A stretch of 64,000 bases of DNA from positions 47,740,001 to 47,804,000 of the forward strand of contig OZ024743.1 of assembly GCA_964016885.1 (NCBI GenBank), given 5' to 3'. The notes beneath the pieces were generated by a model. It did no database searches. It had not been told where the DNA came from and saw only the letters and a program-made list of their open reading frames with translations. This document shows positions 29,070 through 41,989 of this stretch, one piece after another; within the stretch, counting starts at the first letter, position 1, and each line of letters starts with the position of its first letter. Both the position numbers and the translations under genes were made by a program. The DNA is from Eledone cirrhosa. Its lineage: Eukaryota.

Positions 29070-29705
29070 TTAAGAATTATTGAACGCCCATCAAGAGTGC
29101 TATCAACCCCTAACCCCAATTCAGCACCAAAATTGGCGACGGGTCTTTAGCTATGACTCTATAACTTCTGAGTTCAAATCCCACCGAAAGACGATTTCAG
29201 CTTCCATCCTTCTGGGGGTGGATAAAATTATGCACTTGACGAGTACTGGCATCGATGTAATTGACTTTCAGCTGTCTCTAAATTGCTGGCATTATATCTA
29301 AATTACAAAGGGGCGGTGGATTGGCAGTATCGGTAGAGGGTCGGACGCCATGCTTTCCAGCATAGTTACGTCCCTTTACGATCTGAGTTCAAATCCCGCC
29401 GAGGTTGACTTTGCCTTTCATCCTTACAGGGTCGATAAAATAAAGTACCAGTAATGCACTGGGTGATGGCTGGCCTTGTGCCTAAAGTAGAAACAATTAT
29501 ATCTAAATTACAAATCATTGTAAAAACAGTGGATTGACAGTAGGGTTACACCATCGGACAAACTGATTCGCAGCATTTAGTTATGGCTCTTAACATTCTG
29601 AGTTCAAATCTCGTCGATAAAATAAAGTAGCTGTCAAGTATTAGTATTGATATCATTGACTTTCTCCTCCTCCAAAATTACTGGCCTTGTGCCTAAACTA
29701 GAAAT
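29070..29705 (+). mobile_element. Three tandem tRNA-derived SINE copies with a MESC/Meta-like core; further copies at 31707-31875, 49602-49810 and 27185-27295
   Basis: A box tggcagtatcggtagag, B box gagttcaaatccc, core gactttgcctttcatcct..gggtcgataaaataaagtaccagt. Confidence 0.75.
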
Positions 29706-30353
29706 CGCAATCGTCATTATTCGAAGTAAACTCCCCCTTGCGTTATAATTCATCCTTGTATCCCACCACCCACCGACCAACGTCTCTGACCCTTGAGGCC
29801 AGTAATACAAATGATCGTTATCATTAACTGTACTATACAGTTAATAATGATGATGATTTCTATTATTGGCCTCAATGCATTGAAAGCTTCCTTGTGTGTG
29901 TGTGTGTGTGTGTGGGGGGGGGGGGGTAATAGAACTCGCACATAAAGCGGTGCATGGTAACACAGAATTCCCAACATTTAAGTCACTGTAGCTTCTCTGT
30001 CTGAGTGTGTGTGTATATATATATATACACACATACATATAAATATGGTGGGGGATAGGTCAGATTCAGTATCACTGCGTGGCACCTTGGGCAAGTGTCT
30101 TCAATTCTAGCCTCGAGTTGACCAATGCCATGAGTGAAATTTGGTAGACGGAAACTGTGTAAGTCTGTCATATATATATATATATGTGTGTCTGTGTATA
30201 TTGTTTACAGTTTATGTTCCTTAACTTTCCAATTCGACAAAAAGAAAATCGATAAAATAAGTAGAGGGATCGATATGATAGTATGAATTTTAAAAAAAAT
30301 GTCTGAGCATGTACATGTGTGTGTGTCACAAGGCAACTTAAATGTACACTCAC

Positions 30354-30404
30354 CTGAGAGTCACTCTGATAGTTAGAGTCAAACCAAGAGTTCAGGTCGT
30401 CCAT
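30354..30404 (-). CDS. First coding exon of an uncharacterised coiled-coil protein of about 150 aa (MDDLNSWFDSNYQSDSQ)
   Basis: ATG at 30404, strong cag|gtgagt donor, phase 0; relatively CpG-rich sequence upstream. Confidence 0.65.
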
Positions 30405-30690
30405 GACCACTCCGTTAACTTCCAAAATACCGAGACAGAAGGTTCAAGAAGGTGGGAATGAGGACAATTATTTACCACTACCCAAAATACATACTGTATA
30501 AATATCGCAATCTCCGAGTGGAAGCCGGTTGTCCAGACAGCCAGATACTGTTATTTTGTTCGCCCATAATATTAAGCAGTAATGTTTAATACTGCTTTAT
30601 ATACCGTTATAACACACCGGCTATTAAATATAGCGAACAAATATCGTCTCTTTCTGTTAACTGCGCTTTCTTAATACCATGTGGGTCTAG

Positions 30691-30700
30691 AACCGGAAGT
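30691..30700. promoter_or_regulatory. ETS/GABP-type motif ACCGGAAGT upstream of the coiled-coil gene
   Basis: Exact consensus about 290 bp upstream of the ATG. Confidence 0.45.
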
Positions 30701-33364
30701 TGATGTGTTTGAACACCGATTCGAGATAAATATATCTTATAATTAAAATGGAACAAAAATACATATTTAAGTATTATGTACATCTTTATTAATAATAATT
30801 TGAATTTACCTAATATTAAATACATAATATTCAATATAAATATCGCTGCAGCAGTGTTTGTACGTAGTTAAAGCACTACAGAAAATATATCCACATGGCT
30901 TAATAAATACAAAACTTATGGTTGTACAGTTATAGGCAATCTAATTACCATATTCATCAAGGTTATATTAAATAGATTAATGTAATATATAATTATTATC
31001 AAAGTAATTAGACAAATACTAATTAAAATTGTATTTTTAATTATTTAGTATCATTTTATTGTTAATTATTTATGAGATTATTGACTATAATTGTTATATT
31101 TCTTTTACGGGTCTTTCTTTTTTTCACTATTTTCGCTGTCGTAAACTATAACTTTTCGTGTGACAAGAGTCAGATATTAGATGTGAAAAGAACGGATAAG
31201 TTTCGATTCTCGTGAAAAATCAGTTAGTTCACTTATATAGCTAATGGCTTTCGAAACATGCTCTTTATAAGAAATATATGATATATTTTCTTCCATATTT
31301 ACTTTGATTTCTTTACTCTAAGTTCAATTTCAATCAATGTACCATACGACCCACCAAAGCTTTTGAAATAAATTAAAGTATACATTTTTAGATTAAAAAA
31401 ATGAAACAATTGAATTTGTTTTTATATTTTTTTACACATTGTTAATAGGCGATATATTTTTATGTGTTTTTCCTTTTATATTGTATTAATTAATCTAAAT
31501 CTATATTATTTTTGCTAACACTATTTTATTTTATCCTAGAAATTAATATGAATTATAACAACAACAAAATTATAGGTATATACCACCGATTTCCGAGGGA
31601 GTCTTGGTTCCAGATCCGTGCCGGATTATCCATTTTGCCGGACGAGGTGATAATTCACTAGAAACATGAAATGGGAAACACCCTCCCTGTTCTTCAACTA
31701 TTATAATTGGATTGGCAGTATCGGTAGAGGGTCAGACGCCATGCTTTGAAGCATAGAGTTACTTCCCTGTATGATCTGAGTTCAAATCCCACCGAGGTTA
31801 AAGTAAAGTACCAGTAAAGAAGTCGATATAATCTACTTCTCCTTCCCCCCAAATCACTAGCCATGTGCCAATTTTACAGGCAACACTGCGAGTGTACTGG
31901 CTTGCCTCAAAAATCATTAGAGAGGTTGCTTGGTTCCTCACGACGCTGCTGTCTTTAGCTCTGGTGTTGACTCCGTTGTCCACCCCTTCCTTTACATTTT
32001 CTTTAATATTGCAACATTAAAAGAATATATCCTTCTGAAAGAATCGCGAGCAATTATATTAACAATAGTAATGGGTGGAAGGTATCACCCTGAAATGGGA
32101 ATACAAACGGAATAAAACAAGTTTGGCGTAAATCGGGCATAGTAATATTTTCATTATTCAAAAAATATTACTATAAAACGAGCCCAAGGAATGGACCTCT
32201 GTCCGATTCGATGATGAACATTCCACAGACACGTGTACCTTATACGTAATTCTCAGAGAAATGCAGCGTGATACTATGTGAAAAGACCGACTCTTTGAGT
32301 TACATGTATAATCCATTAGACGGGCTTCGGAATAGCTTCCATTTATTCAATTCGGTATAATTACAGAAAGACACCCCCACCGATTTCAGTGGTAAGCAAT
32401 TTTTAATTAAAGTTGGGTTTAGGGTTAGGGGGTAAAGAAAACACCGGGAGGGGGTAGTTCCGACCCCCCCCCCCTTCCCCCTCTGTTTTCCGTGTCGGTA
32501 GAAGAGTTCTTTGTAACATGTTTGGAGGTAAGATTAGATGGTAGCACACGAATAAGTCCGAACACCCTCTGCTCCTCCCTTTCCAGGGGAAAATGCCCCT
32601 AGGATATCCATAACGATTCAGTCATGCTGTATGCACACGAAAAAATAACTTGTGCTAACTTTAATTAATATTCCCTTAATTAGGTTATACCAAAAAGGCT
32701 AACTCCAGCTTTAGCAGGGAACATGCTCTTAAAACATTTGTTATATTTTACAAAGCTGTTTATACAAAAACAAAACACTATTAAAGGGAACAAAAGAAGA
32801 GGGGAAATGAAAAGAAGAAGAAAAAAAAAAGAATTAATCAACGAAAAAAAGATAGGGTGGAGGGACATGCACTACACCCCAGTCTGAGCTGTGTCACAGC
32901 AGCGGACAAAATGGATAGAGGCGTTACCGCGGAGGATGGCCAAAGATACCCTCTGCAACAGTTATTGCACGTTACGGGGCTCCCTCCCCGAGCAGGTTAC
33001 TGTCGCAGGAATTAAGAACACCAGACGTCTCGGCGGAGACTGGTATAAAGAGGAAGCGGTCGGTCAGCCCCCGGTATTTAACTATCTTCTTCTCCTCTGC
33101 ATTGCGGGCAGCGGAGCCCGGTTTTGTGGCCGAAGCAACATGGAAACAAGTGGCATAATGTTTGTTTTACACAAGGAATACACAAATTTTGGGGTGGGGA
33201 TTACATAAGAACTGATTTAGTTAGCCACAAAGAATATCTAAGTAATCCACAAAGAGTAATCGAGATGTACAAACAATTCACAGGAGCCAACTCGTCATTA
33301 TAATTATTATTTCTTTTTGTGAACATGAAACACGACATTACCACATGTGAAATTGTTTAAGGAA

Positions 33365-33700
33365 ATGACGTGAAGAGACCCAATGGAGTAGATATAAAGG
33401 CATTATATGAGATGTCACACATTCTAGATGCTGTGACGGAGGTGGAGGTTACTGAGTCCGGAGCTGAACGAGAAAAGCTACCGAAACATCGTAATCTGTC
33501 GGTGAATTTTATTTTTCAACCCATTGGCCCAGCTCCCCTGGAAGGGGAGCTGGGCCAATGACAAAGAAGTTGTATCATCATTGACGATTCGCCTGACTGA
33601 AGTATCAGGTGATAGTCGTTGTTAACCAACTGCTGTAATATAATGTGTTTGGAGTTACCCCAAACATTTCTAGAGAAGAAACCACAGCATTGCTTGTAGT
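33365..33700 (+). mobile_element. Degenerate CRE-like non-LTR fragment (restriction-like endonuclease C-terminus)
   Basis: KRPNG (RPDG-like), AEREKLPKHRNLSVNFIFQPI, IRLTEVSGDSR resemble CRE RLE motifs. Confidence 0.55.
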
Positions 33701-33875
33701 GCGTAACTGAGAGTGTGTATGTTTTTTTTAATTCGTTTTTGTTGATTTTTAAAAAAAAGTTTGAATTTAAATTTAACTGAAGAATAACAATAGAAATGAG
33801 TCAAATATAAAAATAGTAAAATGTCCTTCTATATGCTACATACAAATATGGTAGAGAACCACACGTTTTATAGAG

Positions 33876-34097
33876 TGAATTGAAAAACTTCGATAATTTA
33901 TGATTATTCACGCTATTACAAAACAAAAACTGCCCTTATGGAAGTTAAAAATCTAAAACCAACAAGCAAGATAACTCCTATAAAATCAGTTGGAGTTATC
34001 TTCCTTGTTTCTTGTTTTTAGATTTAAGCATTCATAAAGTGAGTTTTTGTCTACAAATTGCTTGTATAATCTCAGTTGATCAACGCTTTTCAATTCA
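33876..34097. mobile_element. Degenerate palindromic MITE
   Basis: tgaattgaaaa..aatctaaaacc..aagataactcc / ggagttatctt..tttttagattt..ttttcaattca. Confidence 0.55.
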
Positions 34098-34559
34098 TTA
34101 TATTACTTAAATAAAACTTCATTCTTCATCTTCGGTCACTTATTCTTGCGAAGGTCGTGGGAGTAGAGTCCTCAGACACGCCTTCCAAGCGAGAACAACC
34201 GAGCTTAAAACTCTACCATATTTATAGTTAGTATAGAGAACACACCTCTGAAGTATTTTCTCTCAGCCATACTGTTAATATGTATCATCAGTGTCACTAT
34301 ATTCCTAATATATACAAGATCTGTCGAAAATGTATCCGATCTTAGACTGGGAAACAAATTATGTACTTGGTCGGGTTCAATTGCTAATTCCATTTTAAGT
34401 AGGTCTCTTGTGCTTCCACACACTTAGCCAAGCGATCTTTCCATTGTTCGGAGAACGCCAGGAATACTTTTTCTCTGGCGTCGTAGTCAACATGATGTCT
34501 CTTCAGTTCTCAAGGAACCAGCCTTTTAGTGGCATCATTTGGGGGAACAAGACGGAAAG

Positions 34560-35480
34560 ATACATGTCTTGAGAATAGGGAGCCTGGTGAATGAGCGAAA
34601 TGCCTTTCTTTGCCAAGAAACCGTGGATCAGCAACTGGAGATGTAGTTCGGTTTTATGCCTGGAAAACTACAGATACTCTCTTCTTAAGAGGCAACCACA
34701 AGAGAAGTTCCTAGCCAAAAATAAGCCGCTATATTTAGCTTTTTCTTTTTAATCTAGAAAAGACCTTTGACAGAGTACGTCGATCTGTTATCTGGTGGTG
34801 CTTAAGGAAATCAGGTGTAGAAGAATGGCTTTTGAGAGCAGTGCAAGTGGGAGTTGGAAGTGAGTTTAGTGAGGAATTCAAGGTCCAGATAGGAATTCAT
34901 CGAGATTCGGTTCCCAGCCCATTGCTGTTCATCATAGTTCTCCAGGCTATAACAGAGGAGTTTAAAACTGGCTGTCCATGGAAACTTCTATATGCGGAGG
35001 ATCTAGACCTTATAGCTGAATCCATAAAAGAACTAGAGTTTAATTTCCGACTTTAGAAACAGAATTTACAATCAAAAGGGCTGAGAGTAAACTTAAGTGT
35101 TGGTAAGCAGGAAAGGCAGGAGCCTGATTCCACCAGGGGAGCTAACATGAAAGGAAGTCTTCGTATGTACTGGATGCACAGAGGTAATCGATGGGAAGAA
35201 TCAGTCACATGAAGGATCCATAGAAGTGGTTGATAGCTTCTGCTACCTAAGTGGTCTAAGTAGCAGCAGAGGAGGCTGCTCCGAGTGGAAGGAAACCGCA
35301 GTAAAGGTAAACCACGGAAGACCTGGGCGGAGATTGTGAGAGCTGATCTCAAATCGCTGAAACTCACGGAGGAGATGAAGAAGGAACTCAACGAGTGAAA
35401 AGATGCTCTTCTGAAAAGGACCAATCCGATCCTTGCAAGCATGGAAAAAACGGACGTAAAAACGACGACCACGATGATGG
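34560..35480 (+). mobile_element. Degenerate, internally deleted RTE copy
   Basis: SPLLFIIVLQAITEEFKTGCPWKLLYAED remnant; 3' tail cttgcaagcatggaaaaaacggacgtaaa. Confidence 0.8.
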
Positions 35481-35624
35481 CGATACATATATATACACAT
35501 AAATATGATACACACACACACACATATATATGTGTTTGTGTGTGCGTGCGCGTGTTGTGTATGTGATTCAGTGAATTACTTGTGGTGGCACCAGTATGAG
35601 CACTCGATGTCTAGGTAGAGTGTA

Positions 35625-36257
35625 TATAATATAAAAAAATGATAATGAAGTATTATTTACATGTATTCATGTTTTTATTGTGTATCTACCTGTTCTACGC
35701 GTTTCGCAGAGGGTTGGCTCAAGGTCACCCATGGAAGTTATGGACCCGACGACTCCAGCATCGATCTGTAACCAGACTGGTGTTTTGATTCAACAAAAAA
35801 TAAAGCAGACCAATGCTAGAGTCGGGTCCATAACTTTCATAGGCGAACTTGAGCCAACTATCTGCGAAACGTGCGTAACAGATCGATACGCAATAAAAAC
35901 ATAAATACATGTAAACGAAATTTCATCACTTTTCTTATATATATATAACGAAGGAAATGTGGTAAGGAACCAGATGGACCATAACGCACCAAAGTACTCA
36001 ATACTTAGGGTAGTAGAGCGGATAATAGGAACAAGTAGGACCTCGACGGCCGAGCTCAAGCCGTTTCGACGGCTAATTCTGGACTAAATGAAATTTTTTA
36101 TCCTGGTAAATGAATAGCCGAACTTCTCAGGGGGTAATTCCATATATGGTAAACGTGATTGTCACAAAGATTAGTCCAGAATTAGCCGTCGAAACGGCTT
36201 GAGCTCAGCCGTCGGGGTCCTACTTGTTCCTATATATATATATATTGTAGATAATGA

Positions 36258-36289
<32 letters not shown>

Positions 36290-36420
36290 AGAAAAATTAT
36301 GAAATTTATATATATATATGAAAAGAGTCAGGACCCCGACGGCTGAGTTCCGGCCATTTCGACAGCTAGATCTGTTATGGATCTAGCTGGTGCGTTATGG
36401 TCCACCTGGTATCTTACCCT
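35625..36420. repeat. Cluster of nested fold-back elements (35656-35915; 36025-36232; 35960-35990/36389-36419)
   Basis: Long imperfect inverted repeats; related sequence at 50128-50320. Confidence 0.75.
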
Positions 36421-36507
36421 CTTTGTTTTATCCCCCCACTCTCAAAAGCGTGAACCTAATAAACTCCTATGTGTACTGCTTCTCTGTTTTTGTTCCCGTC
36501 TAAGATT

Positions 36508-36619
<112 letters not shown>

Positions 36620-36740
36620 GGAGGTGAGTTTTATTGTAGCACAATAAAGCAATGCAAATATCGGATAAGTAGCACTCAACAGTTTATAGGACTGGAGTAT
36701 AAATTATATAAAATCAAAAGATGGTTAAAATAGTTCCATG

Positions 36741-36811
36741 TATTTTATTATGCGCATTTCAAAAACAAATATCATCATGGGATGATATTTGCGTTTTCAT
36801 CAGATAAAATA
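36741..36811 (-). ncRNA. Minimal hammerhead ribozyme (type A) in the inverted pseudo-LTR
   Basis: Reverse complement of 39094-39164 with one stem II change. Confidence 0.85.
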
Positions 36812-36860
36812 GGGAGACATGATATGAAGCTTAAAAAACACTTGCGAGCAGTGAAGTGTT

Positions 36861-38810
36861 AATAATTTATATGGTGTATCTAAAGATAAATATAATAACC
36901 TTATCCTTAAGGAACTAAGGAAGAATTATCGCAAAACTAACCATGAGAATCTGGAATCTATAAACTTGGAAGCTTCTGAGATTATGTCTAAACTTGGCTT
37001 CGAGAAAAAGACCGAACCATTCTTCCCAAGAACTCCGAGGATAAATCTTAAGGATCACAAAAGTAACGTTCGAACTGAACTACCTGTTAGACTAATCGCC
37101 TCCTCTAAATCCGATCTGGGGGTTGTTAGTAAATCCATCTTGAATAGAATTATCCCACAGGTTCGTTCTATTTCTAACTTAAATTTATGGATTGGTACAT
37201 CTGATGTAATTGACTGGTTCAATAACCTGAATAATAAAAACAAACAAAAATTTATTCAGTTTGACATTGCCAGTTACTATTCTTCTATTTCGCCTTCACT
37301 CCTCAACAACGCTCTCTCTTTTGCATTTAAATATTCTGACATCACCACAGATAAACTGTACATCATTCTCACCGTAAGAAAAACTATCCTGGAATTCAAC
37401 AACGAATATTGGACTAGAGCTGATACTTCCAACAATTTTGATATCACAATGGGTTCGTCGGATTCAGCGCAATTGACGGACTTGATTGGAATCTTTATTT
37501 TGAATTCTTTAAATCGGAAAATTCCTCAACTTCACGGTGGAATTTATCGTGACGATGCCCCTTTTACTGTCTTAAACTGTAACTTAGTTAACCTTAATAT
37601 TATTAAGAATAATATACTTGATCTATTTAAGCACCATAACCTAAAAATTTAATTTGAAAACAACATCAAACTAGCTAACTTCCTGGATATATCCCTTAAT
37701 CTTGACACCGGCCTATATTACCCTTACCATAAAGACAATGAGAATCTAAATTATGTTAATTTTAAATCTAACCACCCTATTAACGTTAAAAATGCTATAG
37801 TCAGTAATGTTGAAAAAAGAATCTCAAATCTATCTTCTAATAAACTTAACTTTGACGCTAAAGCCAATTATTACAACAATGCGCTTTCCAGAGCCGGTTA
37901 TCCTGACAAAATTAAATACAGTAAAGAAACCAATTATCGAGGAACTTATAGTAATATAGTTAGTTATAAGCATTCCAATAGCATAAAGAAAAGACCTAGA
38001 TATAAAAATATGTTTTGATACAACGCTCCTTTTTCTCTATCTATTATTAGTAATATTCCTAAACTATTTTTTAGGGCCTTAGATAAATGCTTCCCTCCTT
38101 CACATATTTATAGTAAGATCTTTAATAAGCATACAATTAAATTCTCTTATTCCACCACTTCCAACATCTCTAACATTATCTCAAAACATAATAATAAAAT
38201 ATTAAGTAATAAATTATATCCATCCAACACTGAGCGTCATAATAATAGCAATAGTAAGCCCGACGTCAATGTTAACTCTAGGCTAGACTCCGTAAATTTA
38301 AATACGACGTCAAACGTAACTTTATCGAATGTTCATAATACCAATCTAAATCAGGAAACTTTAGCACCTATCGTAAGTAACTTCTCCAATTCAATTCCTT
38401 CTATAAATAATACTGTGTCACTTGCTAATAACTCTGGATATTTCTCTAATCGTAATTGCAATTGCCCTATTAGAACTAAATATCCTCTTAGTAACCAATG
38501 TCTTGATAAAAATTTAGTGTATGAATGTAAGGTTATAACTGGTACCAATTCTTTTACCTATTTTGGTTCCACTTCCACTTCCTTTAAAGCAGGATTTTAT
38601 AATCACAATTCCTCTTTTAAATACCAACTTAAAAGAACTAACACGGCACTCTCAGAACTCATATGGTCCTTAAAGGACAAAAATATTAACTACAACATTT
38701 CTTGGAGGAAGGTTTGCAACGCCTCTCCTTACCTTAATTCTTCCCTATTCAGAACATATAATCTCTGCCTAGCGGAAAAATTTACCATTATCTCTAATTT
38801 TAATTCTATA
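36861..38810 (+). pseudogene. Penelope RT plus GIY-YIG endonuclease in one frame with two stops (TAA 37650, TGA 38016)
   Basis: INLKDHK..PVRLI..SKS.LG..SK.IL, FIQFDIASYYSSI, FDITMGS.DSAQ, YRDD, NFLDISLNL, SNHP; CNC..PL..QCL linker; VYECKV..YFGST..FK...NH..SF..LSELIW.LK..LCLAEK. Confidence 0.9.
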
Positions 38811-39093
38811 GACGTACGGATTTATTTTTGCTCTGCTTGCATAAATCCCATAGAACTTTCCATAAAGTATACAGCTACTCATTTTCTCCTCCTCTCTCAT
38901 CCTTCCTTCTTATACTCCCCTCCGTCATCCTTTCCTTATTATTATATATTCTTTCTTCCTCTTCCTTACCCTTTCCTTCCCCCCTTCTTTTCCTTTTTTC
39001 CAATCTCATATATCCATCTTATTTTATTTTTCATATGTTGATTTAACACTTCACTGCTCGCAAGTGTTTTTTAAGCTTCATATCATGTCTCCC

Positions 39094-39164
39094 TATTTTA
39101 TCTGATGAGAACGCAAATATCATCATGGGATGATATTTGTTTTTGAAATGCGCATAATAAAATA
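39094..39164 (+). ncRNA. Minimal type-I hammerhead ribozyme (type A)
   Basis: Stem I tattttat/ataaaata; CTGATGA; stem II caaatatcatc/gatgatatttg; GAAA-tgcgca-TA with palindromic stem III; predicted cleavage after 39156. Confidence 0.88.
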
Positions 39165-39629
39165 CATGGAACTCTTTTAACCATCTTTTGATTTTATATT
39201 ATATATATAAAATAATAGATTTAATACGAGCACGGAAGGAGAGAGGAAAGAAAAAATTCATAGTTTAAAATCTTCTTTTCTCAAACGCTTTTATATTTTT
39301 TACAAATATACCTATCTTTCTACCTTATTTCAGTATATTATACAATATTACTCATACTATGTCGTTAGCGGTCCCCTAACTTTCTTTTTTAATTTCTAAT
39401 CTTTAATCTGTAACTTTTACTTCTCAATTACTTCTTAATTCATCTTATAACTCACTATAGCATTATCCTTATATTCTCGGCCATACAGATCTTTATTTTT
39501 AATATATACTAATATTACCATTAGAGAAATTTTGTAAACATATTTTTTTGACGTTATATATTTTTTCTTCCTTGAATTTTTTCTTTCCTCTCTCCTTCCG
39601 TGCTCGTATTAAATCTATTATTTTATATA

Positions 39630-39978
39630 TATAATATAAAATCAAAAGATGGTTAAAAGAGTTCCATGTATTTTATTATGCGCATTTCAAAAACAAATAT
39701 CATCATGGGATGATATTTACGTTCTCATCAGATAAAATAGGGAGACATGGTATGAAGCTTAAAAAACACTTGCGAGCAGTGAAGTGTTAAATCAACATAT
39801 GAAAAATAAAATAAGATGGATATATGAGATTGGAAAAAAGGAAAGGAAGGGGGGGAAGGAAAGGGTAAGGAAGAGGAAGAAAGAATATAGATAGAAGAAA
39901 AAAAATATAATAATAAGGAAAGGATGACGGAGGAAGAGTATAAGAAGGAAGGATGAGAGAGGAGGAGAAAATGAGTGA
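39630..39978 (-). mobile_element. Solo inverted copy of the Penelope 3' pseudo-LTR
   Basis: Reverse complement of about 38876-39205 with a small insertion. Confidence 0.85.
39669..39739 (-). ncRNA. Minimal hammerhead ribozyme (type A)
   Basis: Same motif as 39094-39164 with one stem II substitution. Confidence 0.82.
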
Positions 39979-40625
39979 GAGAGAGAGAGAGAGAACCTTT
40001 AATACTGAGAAACACTGTCTCACAGAGAAAAAAAAAAAAACGTTGTAAGATAATACATCATTTAAAAAATTAAGAAATTATAAGTTAATGAGGTTTATGA
40101 ATGGTGATGCTTATGATTAAAGAAAAAGGAATTAAGAATACTATTTATTTAAGGTTTATATATTGAAGAGTTTAATAAGATGTGCGAAAAGGAATTTATT
40201 AAAATGTATTATTAAAATAAAATATATTAAGAAGATAAGGTGAATGAAGATAAGATTAAATGAATTATGAACTTAGAGGAATTAATTAGGGTCCAAGTTT
40301 GTTTCTATATATTGTAATAGAAAAAAGTAAATAATAAATTTGTTTCTACGTTAGGCACAAGGCCAGCAATTACCCAGTGTATTACTGGTACTTTAAGTAA
40401 ATAATAGATTTAATACGAGCACGGAAGGAGAGAGGAAAGAAAAAATTCAAGGAAGAAAAAATATATAACGTCAAAAAAATATGTATATATATATGCAAAA
40501 GTTCTATTTAAAATTGTTGGGATACAACAAGTAAATATTTTTATAACTGATATAAAGCACTCGACAAGTTTTTGGAGTAGATATACGATATTAAAAAATG
40601 GAAATTATATTTATAAAACCATATT

Positions 40626-40690
40626 TATTTCATTATACATATTTCAGGGATACCACATTAAATTATGGTATGCCTTCATCAGACAAAATA
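40626..40690 (-). ncRNA. Minimal hammerhead ribozyme (type B)
   Basis: Reverse complement of 41092-41156. Confidence 0.8.
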
Positions 40691-40810
40691 CAATATATAA
40701 CAGTTTTACAAATAGCTTTGACGTACCCTTTTAAAATGCAACCATTACTTTTGGAGGCTGTCTGGATAGTGATTTGTTTATATTATTTTAATAAGTCATA
40801 GTGTTAAGCA

Positions 40811-40848
<38 letters not shown>

Positions 40849-41091
40849 CCTCCTATCTTTATTTATCTCTTTCTTTTCTCCATACATTTCTCTCTCCGAT
40901 ATTTCTCCAGGTTTTCTTTCTCTCTCTCCGTCTTTTTTCTTTTTTTCTTTCTCTCCATCTTTTTCTAATTGTGCTTAACACTATGACTTATTAAAATAAT
41001 ATAAACAAATCATTATCCAGACAGCCTCCAAAAGTAATGGTTGCATTTTAAAAGGGTACGTCAAAGCTATTTGTAAAACTGTTATATATTG

Positions 41092-41156
41092 TATTTTGTC
41101 TGATGAAGGCATACCATAATTTAATGTGGTATCCCTGAAATATGTATAATGAAATA
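41092..41156 (+). ncRNA. Minimal hammerhead ribozyme (type B)
   Basis: Stem I tattttgt/atgaaata; CTGATGA; stem II aggcataccata/tgtggtatccct; GAAA-tatgta-TA. Confidence 0.8.
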
Positions 41157-41295
41157 AATATGGTTTTATAAATATAATTTCCATTTATTAATATCGTATA
41201 TATATATATATATATACATATTTTTTTGACGTTATATATTTTTTCTTCCTTGAATTTTTTCTTTCCTCTCTCCTTCCGTGCTCGTATTAAATCTA

Positions 41296-41395
<100 letters not shown>

Positions 41396-41479
41396 TTAAA
41401 GGTTAAACAAGGTTCAATGAATAAATCAAAGAATGAGTTTTACAATAGATTGGAAGATTGAGTATGTCATGCATCATCT

Positions 41480-41546
41480 TATTTTATCTGATGAGGACGT
41501 ACTATTGAAGTTAGCTCAGTACCTCTGAAATATGTATAATAAAATA
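41480..41546 (+). ncRNA. Minimal hammerhead ribozyme (type C)
   Basis: Stem I tattttat/ataaaata; CTGATGA; stem II ggacgtact/agtacctct; GAAA-tatgta-TA; in a 200-bp island between TA/TG microsatellites. Confidence 0.78.
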
Positions 41547-41619
41547 TACTTGATCACACGAATGTCTATTTTTGTTAATATTTTGAATTAATATATATAT
41601 ATGTGTGTGTGTGTGTGTA

Positions 41620-41653
<34 letters not shown>

Positions 41654-41989
41654 TGTGTGTGTATTTGTATAAAGGTCAAAGTGTTATTCAAGCACACTTC
41701 AAAATCAATGTAATAATAACAAAAAAAATAATAATTGTTTCTACTTTTGGCACAAGGCCAGCAATTACCCAGTGCATTACTGGTACTTTATTTTAAAAAA
41801 TAATAATAAATGACCAAATATCAGATACAGTGATTGGTGACGGCACGGGTACACTAGTTATTTTATATTCGCTTTGTGGATCAGCAGAAGCAAATATTTT
41901 TTATTTTTATTTTTAGAAAAAAATTATTTTAGGTAAACTGAATGAGAAGGTGTGTCGTTATGTCTTTTTTTTTTTTTTTTCAAGGACAT

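Noticed and set aside
29310-29400. tRNA genes at A/B-box motifs
   Set aside because: No cloverleaf, and followed by SINE body sequence; these are SINE heads
32870-33210. GC-rich 105-aa ORF or LTR-like segment
   Set aside because: No ATG start, no recognisable motifs and no second copy in the window
38016-38018. In-frame TGA as selenocysteine (reported for some Naiad elements)
   Set aside because: It falls at the Trp of the W-YN-PF motif (TGG to TGA), and a TAA also interrupts the frame; decay is the simpler explanation
40598-41184. Two near-identical 67-aa ORFs on opposite strands
   Set aside because: A by-product of the inverted repeat; no recognisable protein features
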